From the sequence record OR594181: a stretch of DNA of 44,446 bases; one strand, given 5' to 3'. Shown piece after piece: positions 17,184 to 26,475 of this stretch. This stretch comes from Escherichia phage vB_EcoM_SHAK7704. The position numbers and the translations under genes are program-made. Position 1 is the stretch's first letter. Each line of letters starts with the position of its first letter. The notes under the pieces were generated by a model. That model made no database searches. It was not told the DNA's origin and was given only the letters and a program-made list of their open reading frames with translations.

Positions 17184-17867
17184 ATGTATAAATTAGTATT
17201 GAATGCAGGTGATTATGTTCGTAACATCAATGCAACCTCACGTAGATATCGTTGCCGTGGTACTGTGACTAATGTAAGTGAAAACAGCTACTATGTAGAG
17301 TACAGTAATGGTATTAGACAGGCTTATCAAAAGGAATCAGCACATAACTACCTTGAGAAGATTGGAGAGGTAAGCAATCAATGTAAGTGCGTACACGATG
17401 AGATTTGCGATAAGTGTGCCCGCCAGATGCATAAAATGCTATTATACCCTCTTCGCTATGGTGCTGGCATTCAAACCTTAGCAGAGGCATATGGCAAAGG
17501 TAAGACTACACTTAATAAAGATCGCCGCAATGTAATCACTGGTAAGACTCAAAGTGAAATGATTAAGCAATGTGGCACTGCACTAGGTGTTACGCAGTTT
17601 AACACTCGTGCTCTTGGTAAATCCACAGGACAAGCTATGGTGAAGATTGGTGAAGCCATGATGCACCCAAATGTACCTGTGCGAATCATGGATGTTGACC
17701 ATGCAATCACAGAACACGGTACACCACGACGTGTAGCTAATAAGCATTTTGCCGACACTATAGAAGTTATTATCCGTAAGCAAGGGTTGAAAGGTCTTCA
17801 CCTCTTGAATGGTGAAGAATTACTGTATCTCCCTATTGTTACTGAAGAAACCTACGTGAATATTTAA
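17184..17867 (+). CDS. Hypothetical protein with Cys cluster
   Basis: 227 aa; GGAG RBS before ATG 17184; CKCVHDEICDKC cluster; contains promoter-like 18-mer at 17746-17763. Confidence 0.6.
   Translation: MYKLVLNAGDYVRNINATSRRYRCRGTVTNVSENSYYVEYSNGIRQAYQKESAHNYLEKIGEVSNQCKCVHDEICDKCARQMHKMLLYPLRYGAGIQTLAEAYGKGKTTLNKDRRNVITGKTQSEMIKQCGTALGVTQFNTRALGKSTGQAMVKIGEAMMHPNVPVRIMDVDHAITEHGTPRRVANKHFADTIEVIIRKQGLKGLHLLNGEELLYLPIVTEETYVNI
17746..17763 (+). promoter_or_regulatory. Variant phage promoter ATTTTGCCGACACTATAG, intragenic
   Basis: Conserved GACACTATAG core with a divergent upstream half; encodes ...ADTIEV... Confidence 0.35.
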
Positions 17868-17877
17868 GGAGTTAATC

Positions 17878-18093
17878 ATGACTAAAGTTCTAATTTATAA
17901 ACAACGAGGTCTTAAGGCTTATGCTATTGTAGCACCAAATGGTGTTAAAAAAGTAAGTTGTAAGCCTCTTGCAATAAAAGGTGCAGGTATGTCTGCTAAC
18001 TTCCAATTGCAACTTTTTGGCAATTTCACAGAAGCGCAATTCCGCAATAAACATGAAGTTATTGGTTCTTTTATGGTGAAACATGCAGAATAA
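17878..18093 (+). CDS. Hypothetical protein
   Basis: 71 aa; AAGGAG RBS. Confidence 0.55.
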   Translation: MTKVLIYKQRGLKAYAIVAPNGVKKVSCKPLAIKGAGMSANFQLQLFGNFTEAQFRNKHEVIGSFMVKHAE

Positions 18094-18292
18094 ACACAGC
18101 CTTAAGATGTTTGATGGTCACGAAGACCTGCAAGCACACATCACTAACCAAGCCTTCCTGTTTGCACAGTTAACTATGGCTGAAGCAAAGAAGAATAGTC
18201 TGACACGTGAGCAGGTTATCAAGGAGGCAACTTGGGAGCCACACCAAGGCAAATACATGGGCCAGAGATTAACTGTAACACGCAGTCGATAA
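18083..18292 (+). CDS. Hypothetical protein
   Basis: 69 aa; overlaps the previous stop; followed by hairpin d. Confidence 0.5.
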   Translation: MQNKHSLKMFDGHEDLQAHITNQAFLFAQLTMAEAKKNSLTREQVIKEATWEPHQGKYMGQRLTVTRSR

Positions 18293-18298
18293 GTAAAG

Positions 18299-18322
18299 GG
18301 TTGTCTCACACGTGAGACAGCC
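18299..18322 (+). terminator. Palindrome-family hairpin (CACGTG core variant) with T-rich tail (copy d)
   Basis: GGTTGTCTCACACGTGAGACAGCC followed by tttcatc. Confidence 0.45.
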
Positions 18323-18350
18323 TTTCATCATATTGATTGGGAGGTATTAA

Positions 18351-18503
18351 ATGACTAAGTTTACTATGCAAGACCTCATTAAATTACGTGATGAAATAGA
18401 ATCACCGGAAGTTAATACAGAGTTTCACTACATTGATCCACGAGATAAACGAGAGATTCCTGATTATCAGATTGAGACGGAGTTAATGTATGAAGATTAT
18501 TGA
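18351..18503 (+). CDS. Small acidic protein (50 aa)
   Basis: Not in the ORF track; GGGAGG RBS; overlaps the DNA polymerase start. Confidence 0.4.
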   Translation: MTKFTMQDLIKLRDEIESPEVNTEFHYIDPRDKREIPDYQIETELMYEDY

Positions 18504-21036
18504 TTGGAAGAAGGAAGCAGAAGGCCGTATCCTAGTGATGGATGCAGAGGCTAAAGGCCTGCTGAATGCTATCCGCTATGGTCATCGTGAAGATGTGCAT
18601 ATCATTTGCTGCATGGACTTGCTTACTACCGAGGAGTTTCTCTTCTTTGACCCGTATGAGATGCGTGACCCTGAAGCAAGAGAACACCTGAAGGAATGGG
18701 AAGGTCATCAAGATGGTGACTTGGTTGATGGTGTTAACTTCCTGAAGCACTGTGAAGCTATTGTGTCGCAGAACTTCCTAGGGTACGACGGCCTTCTATT
18801 TGAGAAAGCATTCCCTGATATCTGGAAAGGATTTAACTATACCGAGAGACGCGGCAAGGGCAGACTCCGCGCTGACCTGTGTCCGGTACGCGTCATGGAT
18901 ACGCTGGTCATGAGTCGCCTGTTAAACCCCGATAGACGCCTCCCTCCGCAAGCATACGCCAAAGGCATGGGTAACGTCGCCCCTCACTCAATTGAGGCGC
19001 ACGGCATCCGTATAGGCCGTTATAAGCCGGAGAACGAGGATTGGTCTAAGCTAACTGACCACATGGTTCACCGTGTACGGGAGGACGTGGCGATAGGCCG
19101 TGACTTGTTCCTCTGGCTCTTTAACGGGGAATGGATGGAGCACAAACGCCGTGGCGTGAATAAACGCACTGGCCTAGGTATTGAGACAGCCTTCCACATG
19201 GAGTCCATTGTGGCGCTGGAGATGAGCCGTCAGGCCGAGCGTGGATTCCGTCTGGATATAGATAAAGCATTAGCACGATGCGAGGAATTGGACGCTAAGA
19301 TTGATGAGACAGTCGCAGCGTTCCGTCCGCACATGCCTATGCGTATCAAGTCTAAACCTTTTAAACCGGAAGAAAAGAATGAAGTATGCCAACGCGCAAA
19401 TGAGTATGGAGCTAGCAACAATATACCTACTGTCCTTGACCCCTCTCACTTTCTTCACGCAGAGAGACGAGGAGATCGCAAGACAGTATGGAGTGTCACT
19501 ACTAAGTCTGGTGATTGGTCGGCTAGCGTCAAGAAAGACTTTCCTCACCTTAGAGGAAACCGTAATGACACGCCAAGCATCAAGTGGATTGGCGCTTACT
19601 CGCCTGTTACTTTCGAAGAGATTCCCTTGGGTAACAGGGATACAGTTAAGCAAGTGCTTTATGATTATGGATGGAAAGGTGTTGAATTTAACGATACCGA
19701 GCAAGCGCATCTCGATGAGCATGGCGTATTACCCAAGCCTTGGAGTGGGAAGATAAATGAAAAGTCCCTTACTTTATGGCAAGAGAGAGCCGCACGTGAA
19801 GGTAAAACAGTCCCTGATTGGTGCTTGGGTATCGCTGCATGGTACATACTCGTATCCCGTCGTGGTCAGATCCTCAACCGTGGTGACGTTGAAGCCTTCG
19901 ACCAGAAGGGGGTGTGGCCTTCGCAAGCTGGTATACGAAAGTGTCGCGGCCTTGTACCTGTAGCATTTAACAAGGAGTTAGGAATCAATGCGCAGCAATA
20001 CTACGAAAGGTACGGATGCTGGCCTACGTCAGACAAGGATGACGGAGAATGGCGTGTGCCAGCTATTGCTATTAGTATTGGAACTTCTACGTTCCGTATG
20101 CGTCATCGTAACGTGGTTAATATTCCTGCCCGTGGTTTGTATCCTTTACGTGATTTATTCATAGCCGGTAAAGGTAAGCTAATCCTTGGTTGTGATGGTG
20201 CTGGTCTTGAACTACGTGTACTGTCTCACTTCATGAATGACCCTGAATATCAAGATATTGTACTGCATGGTGACATTCACACCCATAATCAAATGAAGGC
20301 TGGTCTTCCTAAGCGTGACATGGCGAAGACATTTATATATGCCTTCCTATATGGGTCTGGTATAGCTAACCTTGCAGCAGTATGTGGTGTTACTGAGGAA
20401 GAAATGGAGGAAGTTGTGGCAAGATTTGAGGTTGAACTACCATCTCTTGCACGCCTTCGTGAGAATGTTATCGCACAAGGTAACAAGTTTGGCTACCTAC
20501 AAGCACCTGATGGTCATTGGGGTCGCATCCGTATGTCTGGTGGTGAACTTAAAGAGCACACTATGCTTAACGTACTACTCCAGATGACGGGTTCTCTGTG
20601 TATGAAATACGCATTGGTCAGAGCGTTTGCAGTGATGCGCAAGGAAGGTGTGGCCTTAGATAGTATGGGAAACCCTTGCGGTATAGCTAACGTGCACGAT
20701 GAAATCCAGATGGAAGTCCCTGAAGATGAGGTCTTGTATCTCAACTACGACTTGCCTTTCACCTTAGAAGGGTTCGAAACAGAGAAGGCTGCTGTGAAAG
20801 CAGTGTTCGATGCAGAGGAGAAACGTGTTCATGTGGATTCTGAAGGACGTATGTGGTCTGCTGCAAATCTCGTTAGCGTTGATGCTGATGCTGGTGTACT
20901 TCATTGCCAGCGTCGTTATCACCGTGCAGGGCATATCATTGCCGATGCAATGACTTGGGCTGGTCATTATTTGAAGATGCGTTGTCCGATGGCAGGTGAG
21001 TATAAGATTGGTGCAAGCTGGAAGGAAACACACTGA
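18490..21036 (+). CDS. DNA polymerase, family A
   Basis: 848 aa; motif A DGAGLELRVLSH, motif B K...FIYAFLYGSG, motif C VHDE. Confidence 0.95.
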   Translation: MKIIDWKKEAEGRILVMDAEAKGLLNAIRYGHREDVHIICCMDLLTTEEFLFFDPYEMRDPEAREHLKEWEGHQDGDLVDGVNFLKHCEAIVSQNFLGYDGLLFEKAFPDIWKGFNYTERRGKGRLRADLCPVRVMDTLVMSRLLNPDRRLPPQAYAKGMGNVAPHSIEAHGIRIGRYKPENEDWSKLTDHMVHRVREDVAIGRDLFLWLFNGEWMEHKRRGVNKRTGLGIETAFHMESIVALEMSRQAERGFRLDIDKALARCEELDAKIDETVAAFRPHMPMRIKSKPFKPEEKNEVCQRANEYGASNNIPTVLDPSHFLHAERRGDRKTVWSVTTKSGDWSASVKKDFPHLRGNRNDTPSIKWIGAYSPVTFEEIPLGNRDTVKQVLYDYGWKGVEFNDTEQAHLDEHGVLPKPWSGKINEKSLTLWQERAAREGKTVPDWCLGIAAWYILVSRRGQILNRGDVEAFDQKGVWPSQAGIRKCRGLVPVAFNKELGINAQQYYERYGCWPTSDKDDGEWRVPAIAISIGTSTFRMRHRNVVNIPARGLYPLRDLFIAGKGKLILGCDGAGLELRVLSHFMNDPEYQDIVLHGDIHTHNQMKAGLPKRDMAKTFIYAFLYGSGIANLAAVCGVTEEEMEEVVARFEVELPSLARLRENVIAQGNKFGYLQAPDGHWGRIRMSGGELKEHTMLNVLLQMTGSLCMKYALVRAFAVMRKEGVALDSMGNPCGIANVHDEIQMEVPEDEVLYLNYDLPFTLEGFETEKAAVKAVFDAEEKRVHVDSEGRMWSAANLVSVDADAGVLHCQRRYHRAGHIIADAMTWAGHYLKMRCPMAGEYKIGASWKETH

Positions 21037-21318
21037 TGGACAGGTTTGATGTTGTTTGCCTATTCTCTATCTTCTTTCTTATATTCCTTATGCTTGCTTG
21101 CTATGGAAGTATGCGATTAGATATACCTGATGAAGAGGAGGGTTACGATTGATGCAAACTGCTTTTATCATTCTTGGGATCATATTATTTATGGTAGTAT
21201 TCTGGGCTTTCTCTGGCATTGACCCAGATTGTGATGGTAACTACGACTGAGTTATACTCAAGGTCACTTACGAGTGGCCTTTATGAATAACTTATTCCTA
21301 CTTATTTTGTCTAACATG

Positions 21319-21336
21319 ATTTACTGGACACTATAG
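21319..21336 (+). promoter_or_regulatory. Phage RNAP promoter ATTTACTGGACACTATAG
   Basis: Exact consensus. Confidence 0.7.
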
Positions 21337-21406
21337 AAGGAAAGCCTAGGTAATCTAGGTTTATAAGGTAGTATAGGTAATTAAGTAAATATAGGAGATA
21401 TAAAAT

Positions 21407-21784
21407 ATGTCTATGGTAACTACTCTGGTATTCGTGGCTCAATACTTTCGTGGTCTTGCTAATAAGTTCAAGTCCAAGGCTATCAAAGCTATTGAGGCTC
21501 GCATCGAAGCAGTACAGGCAGAGCAAGTTAAAGTTGAAGAACATCGTAGTTCTCAAATGATTGACTGCCATAACCGCTACTATGCATCTCGTGATGAACT
21601 AAATGCACGTCAAGTCAAAGAGGTAGAAGATATGCTGGCACGTCACCAGCAAGAGCGTGACAGCCTGAAAGCTGAATTTGAAGAGAACAAGGCATCAATT
21701 GCTCTTGTAAATCAAGCTGCATCTGACAGCCTGAAGAAAGAGATTGTTATGCTGGAAATAGAACTGGACAACTTGACTAAATAA
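21407..21784 (+). CDS. Hypothetical coiled-coil protein
   Basis: 125 aa; AGGAG RBS; heptad-like charged sequence. Confidence 0.6.
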   Translation: MSMVTTLVFVAQYFRGLANKFKSKAIKAIEARIEAVQAEQVKVEEHRSSQMIDCHNRYYASRDELNARQVKEVEDMLARHQQERDSLKAEFEENKASIALVNQAASDSLKKEIVMLEIELDNLTK

Positions 21785-21789
21785 GGGTT

Positions 21790-22089
21790 ATGATGGAAGA
21801 AGTGATTCAAGCTAAACATGTAGGTATCATCTTTCGTGATCTAGAGCAGCGTAAAGTTGCAGGTCACACTCGTCTGGCTAAAGAAGACGATACAGCAATC
21901 ACTACTGTGGAACAAGCAGATGCCTATCGTGGTCCAGAGTTTACTCAAGGTGAAACTTGTCATCAATTGAGCCTTTCACTTTGTGACACTATGGCTAGTG
22001 TAAATGTACAAGAGGTTGAAGATGGTGAATGTGTTAGTTATGTCTACCCTCTCGATACTATTGCACGTATTAAGGTAGTTCATAAGTAA
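21790..22089 (+). CDS. Hypothetical protein
   Basis: 99 aa. Confidence 0.55.
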   Translation: MMEEVIQAKHVGIIFRDLEQRKVAGHTRLAKEDDTAITTVEQADAYRGPEFTQGETCHQLSLSLCDTMASVNVQEVEDGECVSYVYPLDTIARIKVVHK

Positions 22090-22104
22090 TTACTGGACAC
22101 TATA
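22087..22104 (+). promoter_or_regulatory. Phage RNAP promoter AATTACTGGACACTATAG
   Basis: Consensus with one upstream substitution. Confidence 0.65.
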
Positions 22105-22166
22105 GAACAATAGGTCGGCTTAGTTCGGCCTATGATTGTGTAGTGTAACAATAGGAGACTAAATAA

Positions 22167-22973
22167 ATGGCACGTGGTGATTTTGATTTTGGTGCTCAGG
22201 TTACTAAAGCTGAAGGTAAAGTATTTAAGAACCCTGAAGTTGGTGATCATGAAGCAGTAATCTCTGGCATCATTCATGTTGGTTCCTTCCAAGATATCTT
22301 TAAGAAAGGTAATACCACTGAAGTTAAGAAGCCAGCAAACTTTGTTCTTGTTAAGATTATCCTGATGGGTGACGACGATAAGAATGAAGATGATTCTCGC
22401 ATGGAACAATGGATGGCTGTGCCTCTGAAGTCTGGTGATAAGGCAACGCTGACTAAGTTCCTGAATGCAGTTGACCCTAAAGAGTTGCTGGGTGGCTTCG
22501 ATGATTTTATCGGTGAATGTCTGACTGCAACTATGGTTGGCTCTGGTGACAAGAATGATGATGGTACTTTCAAGTATGTTAACTGGAAAGGCTTTGGCGG
22601 TATGCCTGATAAGTTGAAGAAGCTTGTACTGGCTCAGGTAGAAGAGGAAGGTCTGTCTATGACAGGTCATATCACCTTCGACAAGCTGACCAAAGAAATC
22701 CTTGATGACATCCCAGCTAACTTGGTACGTCAATACTTCCTGAATGAGACACCTCGTGGTAAGAACCTGTCTGTTGCTGGCTCTCACGTAGAAGCTATTA
22801 TCAAAGCTGCTCGTGAAGAAGACCCTGAATGGAAGAAGGCTAAGAAGAAAGATGAGGAAGATGCTACCCCAGCTAATCGTAAATCTCTGGATACTGGTGA
22901 GTCTGTTCCACAGGAAGTACCTGAAGCAGAAGATACTCCTGCACCGGAGATGGATGAGGACGCGGAATATTAA
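22167..22973 (+). CDS. Putative single-stranded DNA-binding protein (T7 gp2.5-like architecture)
   Basis: 268 aa; AGGAG RBS; acidic C-terminal tail ending in an aromatic residue (...EMDEDAEY); in the replication cluster. Assigned by architecture, not by alignment. Confidence 0.5.
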   Translation: MARGDFDFGAQVTKAEGKVFKNPEVGDHEAVISGIIHVGSFQDIFKKGNTTEVKKPANFVLVKIILMGDDDKNEDDSRMEQWMAVPLKSGDKATLTKFLNAVDPKELLGGFDDFIGECLTATMVGSGDKNDDGTFKYVNWKGFGGMPDKLKKLVLAQVEEEGLSMTGHITFDKLTKEILDDIPANLVRQYFLNETPRGKNLSVAGSHVEAIIKAAREEDPEWKKAKKKDEEDATPANRKSLDTGESVPQEVPEAEDTPAPEMDEDAEY

Positions 22974-22982
22974 GGAGAAAGG

Positions 22983-23201
22983 ATGAAAGTACAAATCGTA
23001 ACCCTGCACTGCAAGAAAGGAATTACAACTCTTGGCGGCAACACTTTTCACTCCTTCTCTGAAGGGGACACATATGCCGACCTGCACTACATCTGGCGCG
23101 ACGGACAGCACGTGGTGAACTACAGCGATCCAGCTACGGGGAAACGCCACGGCGTATCGCTTCCGGCGCATGACATTGCTCAGGTGAACACAGTTTTATA
23201 A
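22983..23201 (+). CDS. Hypothetical protein, locally GC-rich
   Basis: 72 aa; strong AAGGAGAAAGG RBS; GC-rich codons unlike neighbours. Confidence 0.55.
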   Translation: MKVQIVTLHCKKGITTLGGNTFHSFSEGDTYADLHYIWRDGQHVVNYSDPATGKRHGVSLPAHDIAQVNTVL

Positions 23202-23202
23202 A

Positions 23203-23218
23203 GTCTCACGTGTGAGAC
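23203..23218 (+). repeat. 16-bp palindrome GTCTCACGTGTGAGAC (copy e)
   Basis: Perfect palindrome; directly upstream of the promoter at 23234. Confidence 0.8.
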
Positions 23219-23233
23219 AAATCGGTGTCCGGT

Positions 23234-23251
23234 ATTTACTGGACACTATAG
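23234..23251 (+). promoter_or_regulatory. Phage RNAP promoter ATTTACTGGACACTATAG
   Basis: Exact consensus. Confidence 0.7.
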
Positions 23252-23306
23252 AAGAGAAGAATTTTAATCGGCGATAATGCCATAACCAACAAAAGGAGAA
23301 TTTAAT

Positions 23307-23678
23307 ATGTTCAAGATTGAAACTATCGTAAACCGTGTTGTTAAAGGTGCTGCTCTGGTATCCGTTGAGTCTTTCATTATCGTCGATGAAGCTGATCAAC
23401 TGGTAGCTGGTACTAAGGCTTACGATACCCGTGAAGAAGCTCAGGCTAAGATTGACAGCATGGGTAACTTCGCTGCTGGTCTGGAGTTCGCTCGTGCTTG
23501 CTTCCCTGAGCAGGCTGACAAAGCCCAGATCGGGAAGGCTAACATCGTAGCTGAATATCTGGATTGGATTGCTGCTGGTAAACCAGTGAAAGAAGTTAAA
23601 GCTGCTGAAGAAGCTGAAGCTCCTGCAGTAGAAGTGTCTGCACCGGAAGCTCCGGTTAGCGAAGAGGAAGAGTTTTGA
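23307..23678 (+). CDS. Small acidic protein, apparently highly expressed
   Basis: 123 aa; own promoter and terminator; AAAAGGAG RBS; C-terminus ...VSEEEEF. Confidence 0.65.
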   Translation: MFKIETIVNRVVKGAALVSVESFIIVDEADQLVAGTKAYDTREEAQAKIDSMGNFAAGLEFARACFPEQADKAQIGKANIVAEYLDWIAAGKPVKEVKAAEEAEAPAVEVSAPEAPVSEEEEF

Positions 23679-23746
23679 TAATAGCAGGTGTAGCCTCTGT
23701 TAGTCCTAGTTGACTATCACGCTCACCTCATCTAATGCCCTGTCTG

Positions 23747-23773
23747 CCTTAGTGTAGGCAGGGTCTTTTGCGT
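23747..23773 (+). terminator. Intrinsic terminator, same family as the one after the capsid gene
   Basis: GCCCTGTCTGCC-ttagtg-TAGGCAGGG then TCTTTTG. Confidence 0.6.
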
Positions 23774-23795
23774 AATAGTTATTGGAGAATGAATT

Positions 23796-24068
23796 ATGCC
23801 GACTATTGAATCTCGAATTGAACTGGACATTAGCTACAATGCAATCACCAGACAGTATATTGGGGTTGCCTATGATTACAAAACTGGTGAGAAGCTAGTG
23901 GAGGTGAGACAATGGGATGACTATTGGTTAAGACAGAACCTCCATGATGCGGTGTCCTCCTTCTTGAAGGAGTGGCCTACATGCGACCAAACTTCGACTT
24001 CGGAGCTACAGTATCGGAAGACAATAATCTCATCCTGTGGCCGACTGAAGGTAATCGAATCGCTTTAA
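23796..24068 (+). CDS. Hypothetical protein (3' end overlaps exonuclease)
   Basis: 90 aa; GGAG RBS; last ~29 codons overlap the exonuclease in another frame. Confidence 0.45.
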   Translation: MPTIESRIELDISYNAITRQYIGVAYDYKTGEKLVEVRQWDDYWLRQNLHDAVSSFLKEWPTCDQTSTSELQYRKTIISSCGRLKVIESL

Positions 24069-25009
24069 TAGATGCTGATATGTTACCCTACATCGTAGGT
24101 TATACAATCAGTGACATGACTTATTTACGAGCCACAACTCGTGTTAAGTCAGGACAAGTCCCATCAATCAAAGATACACCTGAGTGTAAGCAAGCATGTG
24201 ACCGTGTGAACTCCTTGCTTAACTCTTGGGTGTATGCAGCAGAGTGTGATGCAGCTAAGCTATTCATGACGAAATCAGAAGCTAACTTCCGTGTCCGCCT
24301 AGCATTCACAAAGCCTTATAAGGGTCAACGTAAGACCGAGAAGCCTCCGTTCTTCTATGAATTGCGAGAGCATCTCTTAGAGGTTCACGGTGCAATCTTG
24401 GCAGATGGAGAAGAAGCTGATGACCTCATGAGCATCGCACAATGGGATAGCCACCGCCGCTTCCTGCAAGATACAGGTAACGAGTTCCCTATCGGTAGTC
24501 CAGAGCATAAAGCATTCTCTGATACTTGCATCGTTTCCTTAGATAAGGATTTGATGATTGTTCCCGGTTGGCATCTTCAGCCGGGTCAAGAGAAGAAGTG
24601 GGTAGAGCCTATGGGCTGGCTTGAGCTATGCCGTAAGGCTAATGGGCAAGTCAAAGATCTAAAAGGTGCTGGCCTCATGTTCCACTATGCACAGATGATT
24701 ATCGGTGATGATATTGATAACTATGCTGGCATACCAGGTCGTGGTGCTAAATATGCCTATGATCTTCTCAAAGATTGTAAGACAGAGAAAGAGTTGTACA
24801 TGGCAGTGCTGGGTGCTTACAAGGCTAAGTTCGGGCATGGACAAGTTAAAATTAAGAATTACCGAGGTGGTTATCGTATCGGCAAAGCCTTTGACCTTAT
24901 GCTTGAATGCGGTCGCTTAGCTCACATGGCTAGGTTCAAAGGTGATATATGGCGAGCCGATAAGAACCCAATCTTGTGGGGAGATGATGCGGAATGGTTA
25001 GCAAATTAA
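23981..25009 (+). CDS. 5'-3' exonuclease (T7 gp6-like, FEN family)
   Basis: ATG 23981 with AAGGAG 9 nt upstream (track starts at GTG 23972); IALIDADMLPY... N-terminal motif. Confidence 0.8.
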   Translation: MRPNFDFGATVSEDNNLILWPTEGNRIALIDADMLPYIVGYTISDMTYLRATTRVKSGQVPSIKDTPECKQACDRVNSLLNSWVYAAECDAAKLFMTKSEANFRVRLAFTKPYKGQRKTEKPPFFYELREHLLEVHGAILADGEEADDLMSIAQWDSHRRFLQDTGNEFPIGSPEHKAFSDTCIVSLDKDLMIVPGWHLQPGQEKKWVEPMGWLELCRKANGQVKDLKGAGLMFHYAQMIIGDDIDNYAGIPGRGAKYAYDLLKDCKTEKELYMAVLGAYKAKFGHGQVKIKNYRGGYRIGKAFDLMLECGRLAHMARFKGDIWRADKNPILWGDDAEWLAN

Positions 25010-25407
25010 AAGCATCGGAGGTGGCAGCTTATAAGAAGGAATTGCTAGATAAGCAAGGATGGAAATGCCCTCTGTGTGGTGGCAGTCTCAAAGCTGTCAC
25101 ACCTGTAAACCGTGTACTTGACCATGACCATGAGACAGGATTCTGCCGTGCTGTTGTATGCCGAGGTTGCAATGGTGCGGAAGGGAAGATTAAGGGTGTT
25201 ATCTCTGGTTATGGCAAGGCGGGTAATAACCGTTACTTCCAGCTTCAATGGTTAGAGAGATTGTACGAATACTGGAAGTTACATAGTACGCCTCAGACAG
25301 ATAAGTTATATCACAAACATCAAACGGAGGCAGAGAAGCGCGAGGCTAAGAACCGTAAGGCACGCCTTGCTTATGCAAGAAAGAAGAAGGAGGTTAAAGT
25401 TGGGTAA
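24994..25407 (+). CDS. Endonuclease VII-like junction-resolving nuclease
   Basis: 137 aa; CPLCGG...DHDHETG...CRGCNG pattern. Confidence 0.7.
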   Translation: MVSKLKASEVAAYKKELLDKQGWKCPLCGGSLKAVTPVNRVLDHDHETGFCRAVVCRGCNGAEGKIKGVISGYGKAGNNRYFQLQWLERLYEYWKLHSTPQTDKLYHKHQTEAEKREAKNRKARLAYARKKKEVKVG

Positions 25408-26407
25408 GCTTCGCAGCTTGTACAAAGACTCCGAGGTACTTGATGCAATCGAGCAAGCTACCGACGAGAAAGGTAATGTTAACTACAACGAGATGGCACG
25501 GGTATTATCGTGTCACCCTGTGGGTAAGAAGATTACCCGCCAGTTGGCTCGATACTGGCATGGTCAATTCAAGAAGACCAAGAAGAATGGTGATTACTAC
25601 CAGACTCTTCTGCAAGAGGATAAGCGTATCAAAGAAGAGCGTAAGCTCAGGACTCCTGACCGCTACGAGGATTTGGCTATTGTACCACTGCCTGACTCGC
25701 CTCATCGAAGTGTACTGGTAATCCCTGACACTCATGCACCTTACGAGCACCCAGATACCTTAGAGTTCCTTGCAGCAGTGGCAGCACGTTACCGTCCTGA
25801 TACGGTGGTTCATCTTGGAGATGAGGCAGACAAACATGCCTTATCGTTCCACGATTCGGACCCAAATCTGGACAGTGCTGGCATGGAATTAGAGAAGGCT
25901 CGTGTCTTCATGCACAAGTTGCACAAGATGTTTCCTGTGATGCGCCTGTGTCATTCTAATCACGGCTCTATGCACTTCCGTAAGGCAAGCGCCAAGGGTA
26001 TTCCAGTGCAATATCTTCGTACATACCGTGAAGTCTTCTTCCCAAATGGAGGTGGCGACCAGTGGGATTGGCAACATACACACGTACTTGAGTTGCCGAA
26101 TGGTGAACAGGTAGCATTCAAGCATCAACCTGCTGGCTCTGTCTTAGCAGATGCAGCGCATGAGCGTATGAACCTTGTGTGTGGTCACTTGCATGGTAAG
26201 ATGTCTGTGGAGTACGCACGTAATACACATGAACAGTATTGGGCTGTGCAGGGCGGCTGTTTGATTGATGAGTCATCTCGTGCATTTGCCTATGGTCGTG
26301 AGTCCAAATACAAGCCAGCATTAGGTTGTGTGGTTATTCTGGAGGGTGTGCCGCACATTGTCCCGATGCAGACCAATAGTGACAATCGCTGGATTGGTAA
26401 GATTTAG
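25373..26407 (+). CDS. Calcineurin-like metallophosphoesterase
   Basis: Motifs PDTH, GDEADKH, SNHG, GHLHG; start uncertain (ATG 25373, or TTG 25400 with AGGAGG 6 nt upstream; track 25367). Confidence 0.65.
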   Translation: MQERRRRLKLGKLRSLYKDSEVLDAIEQATDEKGNVNYNEMARVLSCHPVGKKITRQLARYWHGQFKKTKKNGDYYQTLLQEDKRIKEERKLRTPDRYEDLAIVPLPDSPHRSVLVIPDTHAPYEHPDTLEFLAAVAARYRPDTVVHLGDEADKHALSFHDSDPNLDSAGMELEKARVFMHKLHKMFPVMRLCHSNHGSMHFRKASAKGIPVQYLRTYREVFFPNGGGDQWDWQHTHVLELPNGEQVAFKHQPAGSVLADAAHERMNLVCGHLHGKMSVEYARNTHEQYWAVQGGCLIDESSRAFAYGRESKYKPALGCVVILEGVPHIVPMQTNSDNRWIGKI

Positions 26408-26419
26408 TTGACACTATAG
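26402..26419 (+). promoter_or_regulatory. Variant phage promoter ATTTAGTTGACACTATAG (SP6-like)
   Basis: One mismatch from the SP6 consensus; overlaps the phosphoesterase TAG stop. Confidence 0.55.
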
Positions 26420-26475
26420 AACAAAGGGTAGGTATTAGCTTACCCTTGATTGTATAGTGAATGGAGGAATTAATT

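Noticed and set aside
22080-23171. 363-aa ORF on the minus strand
   Set aside because: Antisense to the SSB-like and neighbouring + strand genes; low-complexity Leu/Phe/Ser-rich translation; no RBS; every supported gene is on the + strand.
23796-24068. Programmed frameshift joining the 90-aa ORF to the exonuclease
   Set aside because: The exonuclease has its own strong RBS and ATG at 23981, and no slippery heptamer was evident in the overlap; simple gene overlap is more likely.
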